DNA of 64,000 nt from Octopus sinensis (GCF_006345805.1 NC_043005.1:105772001-105836000), one strand, 5' to 3'. Positions 24,389 through 38,255 are shown, counted from the stretch's first letter. Translations and numbers: made by a program. The notes: a model not told the origin generated them from the letters alone.

Positions 24389-25089
24389 TATATATATTAT
24401 ATATACATATATATACATATCTGTAAAATAATATGACAATTATTCGGTAGTCACATATTATTTTACTGATAAATTTCCTCTATTTACATATTGAGGTCTC
24501 TTTCTTTCTTTTGTTATCTTACCGTTTTTACCAATATATATATATTTATCATATTAGAAGAAATGAGGTACTCAGAAAATCGGATGTTTTATATTTACAG
24601 ATATTTATTTGTATATTACATTTTTTATATATATATCATATCACTTAGATCATTAGCGCTTTCTCCAAATAAATATATATATCTGTTTGATTGCAATGGT
24701 TAATGTCTTTCAAATATCTTTCAGCTTCTGGCTTCAAAAACAAATGTACATAGATATATCTTCGATCACATTGTTTAGAAATGTTGTAACTTGCGCTGGT
24801 GTCTCTAAATTCAATACAAAATTTACAATGGTGAACTTAAAAATGCCACATATATATAATATATATATATATATATATGTATGCATAACTTACTGTTAAT
24901 AAAAACCAGGGTGTGTTGTGTTCTGTTACTTAATAAGTGAAAAATGTATGGTGAAAAACGAATATTGACTGCATAGACGTATGGGAAAATGTCTATAGAG
25001 TGTACAGACGGATGGAATACAGAGATAGAAAGTCCCTAATTATTCCTCAGTTATCAACTTGATAGTATTAATCAGTTTTGCACCATTAT

Positions 25090-25504
25090 TAATATTGGAC
25101 TCTTCTTTTACTTGTTTCAGTCATTTGACTGCGGCCATGCTGGAGCACCACCTTTAGTCGAGCAAATCGACCCCGCGACTTATTCTTTGTAAGCCCAGTA
25201 CTTATTCTATTGGTCTCTTTTTGCTGAACCGCTAAGTGACGTGGACGTAAACACACCAGCATCGGTTGTCAAGCAATGCTAGGGGGACAAACACAGACAC
25301 ACAAACATACAAGCACACATACATATATATATATATACATATATACGACAGGCTTCTTTCAGTTTCCATTTACCAAATCCACTCACAAGGCATTGGTCGG
25401 CCCGAGGCTATAGCAGAAGACACTTGCCCAAGATGCCACGCAGTGGGATTGAACCCGGAACCATGTGGTTGGTAAGCAAGCTACTTACCACACAGCCACT
25501 CCTG
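25090..25504 (-). mobile_element. SINE family A, full length
   Basis: Homolog of 17215-17628. Confidence 0.9.
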
Positions 25505-25884
25505 TGAACAAACAATACATAGATAACAGGAGATACAGAAGTAGACATACGAAAGCGAATAAATGTAATTCAAGACGATGGACGAAGGACAACGATGAAA
25601 TAAATAAGAAACGAACATTAATGGTATGAAACTGAGTAATACCACCTGGTTGATAACTGATGAAGAATTAGAGACCTTCTGTGTCTGTTTTCCATCTGTT
25701 TGTGCACTCAATATACATTTATCCATTTTTTCTACATTCATTATATGATTTTTTTATTTTTGTGCATTTACTATACATTTTTTCACTTATTAAGTAATGG
25801 AACAAAATGCACTTTGGTTTTTATGAAAAGTAAGTTATTTATATATTTGTGTGACTTTTGAATCAAAGCTGTCCTACATATGCA

Positions 25885-26055
25885 TACACACATATATGTA
25901 TATATGATGGTCTTCTTTTAGCTTCTGTCTGCCAAATCTACTCACAAGGCTTTGGTCACCCTGGGGCCATAGTAGAAGACATTTGCCCAAGGTGCCATGC
26001 TGTGGGACTGAACCTGAAACCATGTGGTTGGGAAGCAATCTTCTTACCACACAGC
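25885..26055 (-). mobile_element. SINE family A, 5' portion
   Basis: tactcacaaggctttgg...atttgcccaaggtgcc...cttaccacacagc. Confidence 0.8.
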
Positions 26056-26087
26056 TATACACACACACACATATCTATAATAATTAT

Positions 26088-26388
26088 TTAGTCTTTATTT
26101 TGTACAGCAATCACTTCGACCCCTACTGCTACTGTCCCTTATGGGTGGGATTCCGTGCATTATGTTGTGTTGCATCCATTTTTCAGTTAGGGATCCCTAA
26201 TTCGATGGGCAAATAACTATGTGACTGCCCAAACTTAAGATCTTTGGCAAGACACAACTTTATGTATGGATGAGTCCGATGTGATCCAGACTGAAGATGG
26301 ATGCAATGCAACATGATGCACAGAACCCCACCCACAAGGGACAGATGCAGGGTGGGGCGAAACGATTGTCGTACAAAATAAAGACTAA
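26088..26388. mobile_element. fold-back / MITE-like element with ~100-bp inverted arms
   Basis: 26088-26187 vs reverse complement of 26290-26388, roughly 80% identical by eye. Confidence 0.75.
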
Positions 26389-26514
26389 TACCAAATCCAT
26401 CTTCTCGTTACTTAATTATTATTATTATCTTAACTATCACTGTGGAATTCTTGGAGTAGATCCAATGGAAACATACCCCAACTGTGGATGACACCAGGTA
26501 GCCCAAACCATATA

Positions 26515-26900
26515 TAATAGGAGCACTCTGTCGGTTACGACGATGAGGGTCCCAGCTGATATGATCAACGGAACAGCTTGCTCGTGGAATTAACGTGCAA
26601 GTGGCTGAGCATTCCACAGACACGTGTACCTTAACGTAGTTCTCGGGGAGATTCAGCGTGACACAGAGTGTGACAAGGCTGGCCCTTTGAAATACAGATA
26701 CAGCAGAAACAGGAAGAAAGAGTGAGAGAAAGATGTGGTGAAAGAGTACAGCAGGGTTCACCACCACCACCCCTCAGGAGCCTTGTGAAGCTTTAGGTGT
26801 TTTCGCTCAATAAACACTCACGATGCCCGGTCTGGGAATCGAAACCGCGATCCTACGACGGCGAGTCCGCTGTCCTAACCACTGGGCCATTGCGCCTCCA
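26515..26900 (-). mobile_element. SINE family C variant
   Basis: Same tRNA-like head as 9140-9222, different body. Confidence 0.8.
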
Positions 26901-27170
26901 CAGCCCAAACCATACCAGCACATTAACTAATCAACATATTCCCATTAGTACAAAATATTACACACACATACACACATAATGTGTGTATGTCTGTAGTATG
27001 TATGTGAGAAAGTAAGGTCTTACACATATGTTCATATGCCATACCAATACTGATATACACAGGTATTTACAACTGTTCGCATTTTGCTATGTTTCTCATT
27101 TTCATTTGCTTATTTTTAAGAGTTAGTTGTAGAGGGGAGAACATTTCATATAACAATATAAAAATTGTTT

Positions 27171-27203
<33 letters not shown>

Positions 27204-27524
27204 GTGTCTCCTTATCTTCATATCGCATCATAGTTGTAAACAAGTGCCACTGTCGTATGAGTGGTGTTGTTCATTTCCAGTCTTCCATGGAAACATGTCT
27301 GGATATGGGGAAATATTCCTTACTTGAGGGAAGTTCACAGGAGAGGCATTCTGCTTTAACAAATTTCATCTGACCCATTCAAGTATGGAAAAATGGGTAC
27401 TAAGACAACAGCAATGATGATGGCGATGATGATGATGCTGATGTTGATATACATATATTTAATATACACATATTTAGATACGTATACACATGTGTATATA
27501 TATATTTGTATATATATATATATG

Positions 27525-27569
<45 letters not shown>

Positions 27570-27571
<2 letters not shown>

Positions 27572-27765
27572 CGGGAAAGTTTACGAAAATAAACAAAAGA
27601 CGAAGGCAGGTGGAGTACAGACAAACAAATGTATTAGTATAGCGCTCAGGAATAGAAATAGAAAAAGTCTTTTACGTTTTGAGCCTATGCTCTTCGACAG
27701 AAAGATACACAGAAAAAAACAAGGAGAGAAACAAGGAGAGAAAAAAATACCTGTAGGAGCTAACG
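27570..27765 (-). mobile_element. PLE-type terminal fragment with mutated HHR (27668-27705)
   Basis: tcttt CTGTCGA A GAGC-ATAG-GCTC AAAA C GTA aaaga. Confidence 0.7.
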
Positions 27766-27852
27766 ATATATATCCATGTATGTATGTGAGTGTACATATA
27801 TGTACATATATGTATGTATATAATATATATATATATATTATATATATATATA

Positions 27853-27883
<31 letters not shown>

Positions 27884-28512
27884 ATATATATATAATATAT
27901 ATATATGGATAGATAGATATAGATTAATATAAATATATAGATGTGTACACACACACGCATATATATATACCTCAGTTGACTACTGATGATGGGTTCATCT
28001 AGTCTGCATCAGTTGTGTGTGTATGTGTGTGCTTTCAGTTTTTCCATAAAATTCCATTGTCATCCCCCTGTGCCATATTTTTGGTATACACATATAGCGC
28101 GCGCACACACACTTACACACACACACACTCACATACACACATACATACTACATATATAAGTCTTTTTTATCTATCATCTATATATGCCCACACACACACA
28201 CACACATACACACACACGTATATATATATTTAATATATATTCTTTGAAGACCAATCTAGAAAAACAGGTTTTTACATTGGTCATTCACACACCTTTACTA
28301 CAAGTTATTATTTTAGAAGATTTAATATTTGTTTATTTCACTCCCTTCTAATACTTCTCTCATTTCTCTCTCTCTCTCTCTCTCTTTGTTTTTCCCATAA
28401 CACCATTCACTCTTCCTCCACCTCCCTTATTGAATCTTCACCTCACCCTTTGTCTTCTGTGTCTGTTTTCTGTTTGTCTCTATCCTATCTCTCCCTCTCT
28501 CCTTTCTCCCCA

Positions 28513-28546
<34 letters not shown>

Positions 28547-28794
28547 CATTTATCTTCTCAGCTTCTTTTCCTCTTCAATTATTCAACAAGCCATCTCTTA
28601 AAATTACACCTTCATCTCTCTTCATCACTCTTGTTTCTCTGCCTTCTCCTCTCTCCGCTCCTTCCTCAACCACCATCTCCTCCCGCCACCCACTCCTTTC
28701 TCACACCAAACCAGATATTTTCAATCTATATTTTAGATATCTTTCACAAGTATTAAACTCTTTTGTCTTCTGTTATGATAATATTGCCAACATG

Positions 28795-28797
28795 ACT

Positions 28798-28828
<31 letters not shown>

Positions 28829-29275
28829 ACACCACCACCACCACTACCACTACCACTGCCACCACCACCACCACCACCACCACCATCACCACAACCACCA
28901 CCACCACCATCACCACCACCACTACCACCACCACCACCACCACCACCACCACCACCATCACCACCATTACCACCACCCGCACCCGTACCACCACCACCAC
29001 CACCACCATCATTATCATCACCAACAGCAGCAGCAACAACAACAACAATAATAACAACAACATCATCATTATCTCACTATAACCATCAAACACTACCATC
29101 ACTATAAGCAGTATCAGCAATACCACTAGCACTACCATTAACGGCTACCACCACCAATACCATCATCAACAACAATGCCACCAACACCATTTAACATCAT
29201 CCTATCACCATCACCACTTCACCGCTCCCGATGGCATCGCTGCTATCACCACCATCACCATCACCATCACCATTA
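28795..29275. repeat. (ATC)n/(ACC)n/(AAC)n compound trinucleotide tract
   Basis: Direct reading. Confidence 0.9.
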
Positions 29276-29328
29276 CCATTTATTTATATACGATCAAATG
29301 TTTGGAGGTATGGAGCTATATATAAAGT

Positions 29329-29726
29329 CTGACGGCAAGCTGGCAGAAACGTTAGCACGCCGGGCGAAATGCGTATCTGTCGATACGTTCCGAGTTCAAA
29401 TTCCGCCGAGGTCAACTTTGCCTTTCATGCTTTTCATAAATTAAGTACCAGTTACACACTGGGGTCGATGTAATCGACTTAATTCGTTTGTCTCTCCTTG
29501 TTTGTCCCCTCTATGTTTAGCCCCTTGTGGGTAGTAAAGAAATAGGTATTTCGTCTGCCATTACGTTCTGAGTTCAAATTCCGCCGAGGTCGACTTTGCC
29601 TTTCATCCTTTCGGGGTCGATAAATTAAGTACCAGTTACGCACTGGGGTCGATATAATCGACTTAATACCTATGTCTGTCCTTGTTTGTCCCCTCTATGT
29701 TTAGCCCCTTGTGGGCAATAAAGAAA
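29329..29726 (+). mobile_element. SINE family B dimer inside one 12-bp TSD
   Basis: TSD tatatataaagt at 29317-29328 and 29727-29738; second unit headless from about 29546. Confidence 0.85.
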
Positions 29727-29869
29727 TATATATAAAGTTGTTGACTTGAATTTGATGTTTGTTCTTTTTTCTCCGTCTCAATTACATTTGAGCACTTCAT
29801 TTTTGCAGTCCTATAAGCCCTTTTGTTTCCATAAAAATAAAAAAAATTATTTCTTGTAGTATATATGTG

Positions 29870-29907
<38 letters not shown>

Positions 29908-30279
29908 ACAGTATGGACGATTTGTTTTGGAGTCTTGCAATACCATGTATGCCTATGAGGATTTACTTTCCCAATGAAACTCGGTTTTTTCTCAAACTCT
30001 TTCTCAAACCTGTTATAATGTGATACAAGTCTTTGGTGTGGTAATTGTATACGGCTGAAGAAGGCTTTTGATCTATCTGTTGTATCAACTATGCACTGAT
30101 ATAAGAATTAGTTGTTCAATAAAGCCCGAAACATATGTACCGCAAAATCCTTTGCGTCCTGTTTTTCTTTTGATACATATATCCTATCACCTATACAGGT
30201 GCTTACATTTATCAAGTATTCACCCTGAATTTATATATATATATATATGGTGTCCAAGGTCTTTGATGATGTACCATGC

Positions 30280-30860
30280 TTCAGAAGACCCATCAAGTCA
30301 AGTGAAATCTTAGTTGTGACTGTTGTCAGTGTCACATGACTTTGCATCTGTGCAAAGCATTTTCAAAGCATTGGGCCTCACGGAGGCAATGTAGCTGATG
30401 TCATGTAACTAGCACTAATGCCATTGGTACATAAAAAGCACCTTTTGAGGGTTGAGCCTCATGGTAGCTATGTGGCCAATGACAGTGTCATGTAAGTAGC
30501 ACCTGTGCTGGTGGTACGTAAAAAGCACCTTTCGAGCACTGGGCCTCACAGAAATAATAGCCAATGACAAAGACATTTGATGATATGCTGTGCTTTAGAA
30601 GAAGACCCATCAAGCCAAGTGAAATCCTAGCCATGGCAGATATTGGTGCCACACAACTAGCAACAGTGTCGGTGGCATTTAAATCACCCATTACACTCTC
30701 ATTGTGGTTGGCATTAGGAAGGGCATCCAGCCTAAGAAGTCATGCAAAATCAGATTGGAGTCTGGTGCAGCTCCTCAGCTTACCAGCCCTGGTCAAAGCA
30801 TTCAATCCATGTCAACATTGACAACAGATATTAAATGGCAATGATAATGATGATGATGAT
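30280..30860 (+). mobile_element. diverged RTE-type 3' UTR/tail remnant
   Basis: Repeated ggtac(a/g)taaaaagcacc motifs, ggttggcattaggaagggcatccagc and a (GAT)n tail. Confidence 0.65.
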
Positions 30861-31234
30861 GATATATAGCACTCTGTCAGCCATGACAATGAGGGTTCCA
30901 CTTGATCCGATCACTGGAAAAGCCTGCTTGTGAAATTCAAGTGACACAGAGTGGGACAAGGCTGGCTGGCCCTTTGAAATACAGGCACTACTCCTTTTTG
31001 CTAGCTGCGAGAACTGGAGCAACATAAAATAAAGTGTCTTGCTCAAGGACACACTGCATCACTGGTAATTGAACTCACAACCTTATGATGATAAGCTGAA
31101 CACCTTAACCCCTAAGTCACATGCCTTCATGATTAACATGTAGTCCCACACCATTACTCAAGAAGTCCTGGCCCACAGACATCCTCTCTTACCTCACTCT
31201 CCCTTTCTCTTTCTCTTTTTCTCTCTCTGCCTTC

Positions 31235-31490
31235 CATGCTACTACTACAATGGCCTCTGCTCTTCTGAGTTGGCAGGGTATGTTTGCTACCTCCACTCAG
31301 GCACAACCAACACACTTGCTTCTCTCATTACCCTTATCGAGTCCGTCCTAAGAGAAGCCCACACTCACCTCTTCAACCTGGTCTTTCTCTTCTGTACATC
31401 AGCTCTCTGCAATTCCTGCCCTACAACATACGTCACCATAATGTTTACTGGTCTGAGAGAGCTTGTGAAGGCCATGTGCACAACTTCCTC
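31235..31490 (+). mobile_element. CR1/L2-like LINE C-terminal remnant
   Basis: YYNGLCSSELA...TSALCNSCP resembles the Y.Y.G.CS.EL...LWNSLP C-terminal pattern; frameshifted. Confidence 0.5.
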
Positions 31491-32157
31491 AAGAAAAAAG
31501 ATCAAAGGAAATAATGCAGTCCCCACCATCACCATCACCTTCACAAAAAGTACCACCGCAACCATCAGCTTTCTCCACCACCACTCCCACCATCACCACA
31601 ACAATAGCAACAACGTCAACACCAGCGCCAACAATACAAAACCCATTTCTCCAACCACCACTACTGCTGTCAACACTGCCAACACCATCACCACTTACAC
31701 CACCACCACCACCACCACCACCACCAAGGCTTACTTTTTACACAAGCAGAAATTTTATTTTAAATACTTCAAATATGAGAACACCTGTTGTTACCTGGAC
31801 AGCCTATTTTTTATGATCTTTTAATTCCTTTGTTCTTGATATACTTTTGTTTGTATTAAAATTTATTTTTACATTACTTTCCCAGTTTTGAAATTCTAGT
31901 TTTGCCCGAAATGGGAAAAAGGAACAAAAACTTCACAAAAGATCACAAAAGCATTATTTAATTCACAAAGGATTTAACCAGCAGGTAACTAAAATTCTAA
32001 AAGTTACCAATAGCGATGATCGTTTCAATCAAAATAACACTCCCTGGGCATTAGTATGAATGAAATAGTATATATTAATACATACCTTATTTACTGAGAA
32101 CAAGAAGTATTTCCGGATATATTTTGTAATTTCATAAAATAATTCTAATCTATAGGT

Positions 32158-32745
32158 GCAGGAGTGGCTGTGTGGTAAGTAGCTTGTTTACCAGCCACAT
32201 GGTTCCAGGTTCAGTCCCACTGGGTGGCGCCTTGGGCAAGTGTCTTCTACTATAGTCTCAGGCCGACCAAAGCCTTGTGAGTGGATTTGGTAGACGAAAA
32301 CTGAAAGAAGCCCGACGTATATATGTATACACAGGCGTAGAAGTGGCTGTGTGGTAAGTAGCTTGTTTACCAATCACATGGTTCCAGGTTCAGTCCGACA
32401 GCGTGGCACCGTGGGCAAGTGACTTCTACTATAGCCTCAGACCAACCAAAGCCTTCTGAGTGAATTTGGTAGACAGAAACTGAAAGAAGCTCGTCGTATA
32501 TATGTATATGTATGTATATATGTGTGTGTGTGCTTGTGTGTCTGTGTCTGTTCTCCCACCCAACATTGTTTGACAACCGATGCTGGTGTGTTTAGGTCCT
32601 GGTAACTTAGCAGTTCAACAAAAGCGACTGATAGAATAAGTACTAGGCTTACAAAGAATAAGTCCTGGGGTCGATTTGCTCGACTAAAGGCAGTGCTCCA
32701 GCATGGCCGCAGTCAAATGACTGAAACAAGTAAAAGTAAAAGTAG
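32158..32745 (+). mobile_element. SINE family A: 5' partial copy followed by a full copy
   Basis: Two heads at about 32158 and 32335. Confidence 0.85.
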
Positions 32746-32958
32746 TGAAAACCAAATATTTTAATAGCAAATTTGTGTACATGCTCTCTATAAGCTCTCT
32801 ATAAGATTTCTTTTAAGATTATTTTATGAAGCTACTCTCCTTCAGCTTTGATGATAACTACTTTAATGTGAAACCAAAATTATTGACATGTGAGTAATAA
32901 ATAACCTTCAGTTATTTTGGACATCACCTGGATAATGGCCCTCAATGAAACTATGTCC

Positions 32959-33185
32959 TTAAACCCATTTGCATTCAAACCAGCCACATCCGACCCAAAT
33001 ATTGTCCCTGCTTTATGTTCAAACCAGCTAGATCTGGCTCCTCACACCGACCCTATAATATCATTCTAAAACTGTACAATTACATCTTTGAAATATCAAA
33101 GCTACAAGCTAATGCCTGATTAATTCAAAACAATGTGAATAAATAAGAAATACATCTGACAGAATAATTTGAATGCTAAAGGGTC
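32959..33185 (-). mobile_element. MITE of the 13.5-14.0 kb family
   Basis: Reverse complement of the same body; ends gaatgctaaaggg. Confidence 0.65.
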
Positions 33186-34597
33186 CAGGGGACAACTTAA
33201 GTGGTGATAAATTACTTTTGTTGGAATTATATTTTCATTCAGGTAACCTCTAAAACATATTCAAGGGCCAGTATTCTAATTATAAAATGGTTGAACTTAG
33301 CACTGATATAACTCAGATAGGAAGTTATAAAATTCTAACCCTAAAATTTACGCTTCTAGTGTGACTTGAAAGAACAATGTTTTGTCAGTGAACTAGTGAG
33401 ATTTCAAGTCCTGAATAAAAGCCCTTAACTTGTGACAATTCCACAAGTCTTAAGTTGGGTACACACAACATAGATTAACCAATGAAATGAATGTGTCATT
33501 GCATCATCTTGGAATTTTAAAAATAATGATGGAAATGATGATATCTCTGAGTTACGATCTATTTTTTAGAGTAACTCCAGATCAGTTATGATTATGCAGA
33601 TCTATGATCATAGATATCCCAGCTGTGAACATAGTCTTACTTTTCAGTTATATTATATTTAGAACTACATTATCCAATATGATCTTGCTTTTTTTTAAGA
33701 CAGTGAAATGAGATTTGAAATAAATGTAACCTCCCCACACATCATGCACCAACACACCACTACCTGTACACACTATGTCACAATGATTGATCCATATGCA
33801 CTCACAAACACACATACATACATAAAGACAATACATACAGACATAGATATACATAATGCACACACAGTTTCATACATATGCATCATATATATATATGCAT
33901 CTAGATAAGTTTCTATTATTGAACTGGAAAACACCATATTCTCTGGATTAAACATTTAGTCTCATAAGCTTTAATTATTCCCCATTGTATTAACTACACT
34001 TGCCATATTAATTACCATCATTCTAACAGTCTAAAGAAAATACATTCCTTTTCTACCTTCTCTCCATGTTTCTTTTTCTTTTTCTTTATTTACATTTTTT
34101 CCCCTCTTTCTTTTTTACTTTTTCTCTGAGAACAGCTATGTTGTATTTTGAACACAAATGATTGCCTGAAAATACACAGTACACTATACAAGCTTATCCG
34201 ACCCTTGTATTATTGGGGACATGAAACCTATTGTAGATTGCACTTAGATTCTGTGTGTATTAAAAGTTGTTTTTCTCCGACTGTAATACATTTTTATTTT
34301 CCTACCAATAATAGAATATTACGTTATACATATACAAAAAAAAAAGAAGGATCAATGATCCCTCCCAATCCAAAGGCTCTTCAGGTTAGTTTCCCAGATT
34401 TCCTTGGTGTATATATTCCTCTGTGGATAGGACACCAATCCATTGCAGGATTACTCACTTTCTCCAGGTGAGTGGCCTGGAGCAACATGAAATAAAGTGT
34501 TTTGCTAAAGAATACAATGTATCACCCAATCCAGGAATCAAAACCACAATCTTACAATCATTAATGCAACACCCTAACCACTAAGCAATGTGTCTCA

Positions 34598-34599
<2 letters not shown>

Positions 34600-34628
<29 letters not shown>

Positions 34629-34913
34629 TACATACATACATACATACACACACACACATACATACATACATACATACATACACACAACACACACAACACA
34701 TACATACCTACATCACACACACACACACATACATACATACATACATACATTAATACACACACACACACATACATACATACATACATACATACATACATAC
34801 ATACACACACACATACATACATACATACATACATACATACATACACACACACATACATACATACATACATACACACATACATACATACATACATACATAC
34901 ACACATACATACA

Positions 34914-34947
<34 letters not shown>

Positions 34948-35110
34948 CATACATACACACACACACACATACATACATACATACATATACATATATACAT
35001 ACATACACACACACACAACATACATACATACATGCATACACACACACACAATACATACATACATACATACATACATACAAACATACATACCTACATACAT
35101 ACACACATAT
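34600..35110. repeat. (CATA)n/(CA)n microsatellite, about 500 bp
   Basis: Direct reading. Confidence 0.95.
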
Positions 35111-35761
35111 CTATATACACATAGAGTCATGATGATTTCTTAAGTTTAATATTTAACATCTAACCTAACATATCTTTATTATATCGAGAGCTCTTGCTGA
35201 TAGCTGCTAACAGAAGTCTACTTGAATTCTAGTCATCTTTATTTGTATTATATTGTATTACGAGATACCATAGCACAGATGGACCTACCATGGTGAAGTA
35301 TTTGTAACGATATCTAAGGCTTGGATTTTCACATACAGACAGCCACATAGCGTGCAGTCATGTGCCATACTCAGTTATCACTGCAGTTGAAGCATGCCTC
35401 AGTTTTGCATTGATTCACATTCTCTGCTATTCTCGCTTTTCCATCCATCCATCTATCCATCCAACTATCCATACATACATATGTGCACACATACATATAT
35501 GTGTGTATGCATATATATATATGTGTGGATGTGTGTAAAAATACATAAACACACACATACAGATATATATGCATATATTGGTGCATATTTGTATGTGTAT
35601 ATATATATATATATATATATAAATTATTAGAGAGTCATCCACTATGTGGATAACTCTAGTGCTAAAAATAGCTCCGAAGCAACCACAGAAGATCCGTTTC
35701 CAACTAGAATCAACACACATTTAACTGAAGGAAAGTGAAATACAACGAATAAAATAGATTG

Positions 35762-35836
35762 ACTCTATACAATTGTTTCATTACTAATGCAATATGTAGT
35801 TTTACTACACTTGCATCTATAAATCTTCGTAGAGTT
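35762..35836 (-). ncRNA. hammerhead motif, inverted-arm copy (one core base missing)
   Basis: Minus strand ACTCTA CGAAGA ... GAAAC AATT GTA TAGAGT. Confidence 0.55.
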
Positions 35837-36246
35837 TGTCAGAAATGCAATTAATTAGATCGATTCGGGCGTCAAAAACACGAGCGGTCCAACCCATTAC
35901 ATTTTAGTATGTCTCAAATTCCGCGCCAAAAGCATGCCTAGACTCCATGAAACGTATGCCGCATCAAATAAAATATTGAATATTTGTATTTCCTCCGTAG
36001 TTTTTTGTGCTAAGCCACTTGGTGTTAAATTGACGGTATTATTAAATTAATATCGATTTTTCACCTCATTTATAATTTTATAAATTTAACTACGCGGCAG
36101 TCATATTTTATTTGATGCGGCATACGTTTCCAATGGAGTCTAGGCATGCTTTTGGCGCTGAATTTGAGACATACTAAAAATGTAATTGGTTGGACCGCTC
36201 GTGTTTTTGACGCCCGAATCGATCTAATTAATTGCATTTCTGACAA

Positions 36247-36322
36247 ACTCTACCGAAGATTTATAGATGCAAGTGTAAGTAAAACTACATATTGCATTAG
36301 TAATGAAACAATTGTATAGAGT
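36247..36322 (+). ncRNA. type-I hammerhead motif with C at position 4
   Basis: ACTCTA CCGAAGA [stem II with atgcaa/ttgcat] GAAA C AATT GTA TAGAGT. Confidence 0.7.
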
Positions 36323-37199
36323 CAATCTATTATTCGTTGATTTCACTGTCCTTCAGTTAAATGTGTGTTGATTCTAGTTGGAAACGGATCTTCTGGTGGT
36401 TGTCGGAGCTATTTTTAGCACTAGAGTTATCCACATAGTGGGATGACTCTCAATAATTTATGTATAAATTTGTATTTCCTCCGTAGTTTTTTGTGCTAAG
36501 CCACTTGGTGTTAAATGACGGTATTATTAAATTAATATCGATTTTCCCCATCATTTATAATAATTATATATATTATATATAATACATAAATATATACAAA
36601 AAATAGACATATATATATATATACAATACATACATACATACAATATATACATATATAATATATATATGTATATATATATATATGTTATATATATATACAT
36701 ATACATACATACATACATATATATATACATATTATATATATATATATGTATATATATATATGTATATATGTGTATGTACATATATATATATGTATATATA
36801 TATATATACACACACATGTGTGTGTGTGTTTGCGTATGTGTTTATGTGTGTGTGTTTGCGTATGTGTTTATGTGTGTGTATAAAAATAAGCTTAATTTTA
36901 TGGAACATTGAATACAAATCGGAAAAAAAAAATAAGCGGGAGAAAAGTTATTTCTGAATACAAAATAATAAGCATAATGATTACAATAGCTATGGCTTCA
37001 TTTCCTGAATGATCATATAGTAAAAAGGATATTTGCGATAAATTGCATATAAAAAGTAATAAGGAGAAAGAGAAAGGAGGGTAGAAAGAAGGGTAGTGAT
37101 AAGGAGAAAGAGAAAGGAGGGTGGAAAGCAAAGCAAAATAGAAAACTATATAACAGAAATGAAAGTGAAAGTTGTTCACACTAGAGGATCAGATGAATT

Positions 37200-37950
37200 T
37201 AAAACATTAAGAAAATGCAATTTGTTTAAGCTTTTAGAAAACAGTTGTTTTGAGAGAAATCAGATAGCTAAGGAGTCATCTTTGTATAATAAAATTGATA
37301 AAATATTATTCATGAAGACATCTTGTGAAAAGAGAAATAATTCTCATAAACTCATTTCGAGTGTTTCGATTGATGAATGATTTAAAACACTTGGAGGATC
37401 TAAAGCCCTAATACAAACAAGAAGACACTAATTTCGAATGGTGATTAGGTACTTAACTCAATGCCCACAAGCTTGCAAAAGTATTCAGTCAAATGAAATA
37501 CTTGACTGTACATGTACTTCTAAAGGATTTATTTAGCATGCTAAATTAAAAACTAATACATCTAGATTATACAACAGAGGGATATTCTGCTATAATCAGC
37601 ATCGATATAATTTTTGCCATAAAAATATAGGTGCTGAAACTACTCTGTCTAAAATATATTTAGAATTATAGATGTAATAACCCAAACTATGTTATCAAAT
37701 GGAGAATATATTTTCCCAAAGCTTATACCTTTCCTAATAAGATGTGCGTGCTTTGTAATTCTGAATCATATGAAATCATATTCATCATTCCTCCCTTCTT
37801 AATCGCCATTCAGAACTGATGTCTCATTGTATGCATAAACGTTTTTAATCGTTCAAATGTTTTAAAACTTTTATCAGATCTGACAATTGAAATCAGTCAG
37901 TGAGAAGTACTGCATACTGTGCTTTGCATGAGATGTCATATTCATTGTTA
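37200..37950 (+). mobile_element. highly decayed LINE ORF2 3' end
   Basis: ...NYRCNNP... and CVLCNSES..EIIF resemble the FR.SNH.L...C.LC...E.H C-terminus; many disruptions. Confidence 0.35.
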
Positions 37951-38039
37951 ATATTCACCAATAAATACTAATGATCAAAAGAAGACCACACTCTTAACTA
38001 GCTGAGGAATTTGAACCCAAATGTTTTTAGATACTCTGC

Positions 38040-38255
38040 CAGACTTGTCTGGCACCTGTGCAGGTGGTACGTAAAAAGCATCCACTACACTCATGGAGTG
38101 GTTGGCATTAGGAAAGGCATCCAGCCGTAGAAACATTGCCAGATCAGACTGGGCCTGGTGCAGCCTTCTGGCTTCCCAGACATCAGTTGCACCGTCCAAC
38201 CCATGCCAGCATGGAAAGCGGACGCTAAACGATGATGATGATGATGATGATGATG
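38040..38255 (+). mobile_element. short RTE 3'-end copy
   Basis: Same tail with (GAT)n. Confidence 0.9.

Larger units (their letters stand above)
35620..36565. mobile_element. HHR element in inverted-A / B / A / B arrangement (486-bp unit)
   Basis: Inverted arms about 35620-35978 and 36098-36462; segment B starts at 35983 and again at 36469; (TA)n on both flanks. Confidence 0.85.

Noticed and set aside
27975-28005. gactaCTGATGAtgggttcatc as a hammerhead
   Set aside because: No GAAA half present; at most a deleted relic.
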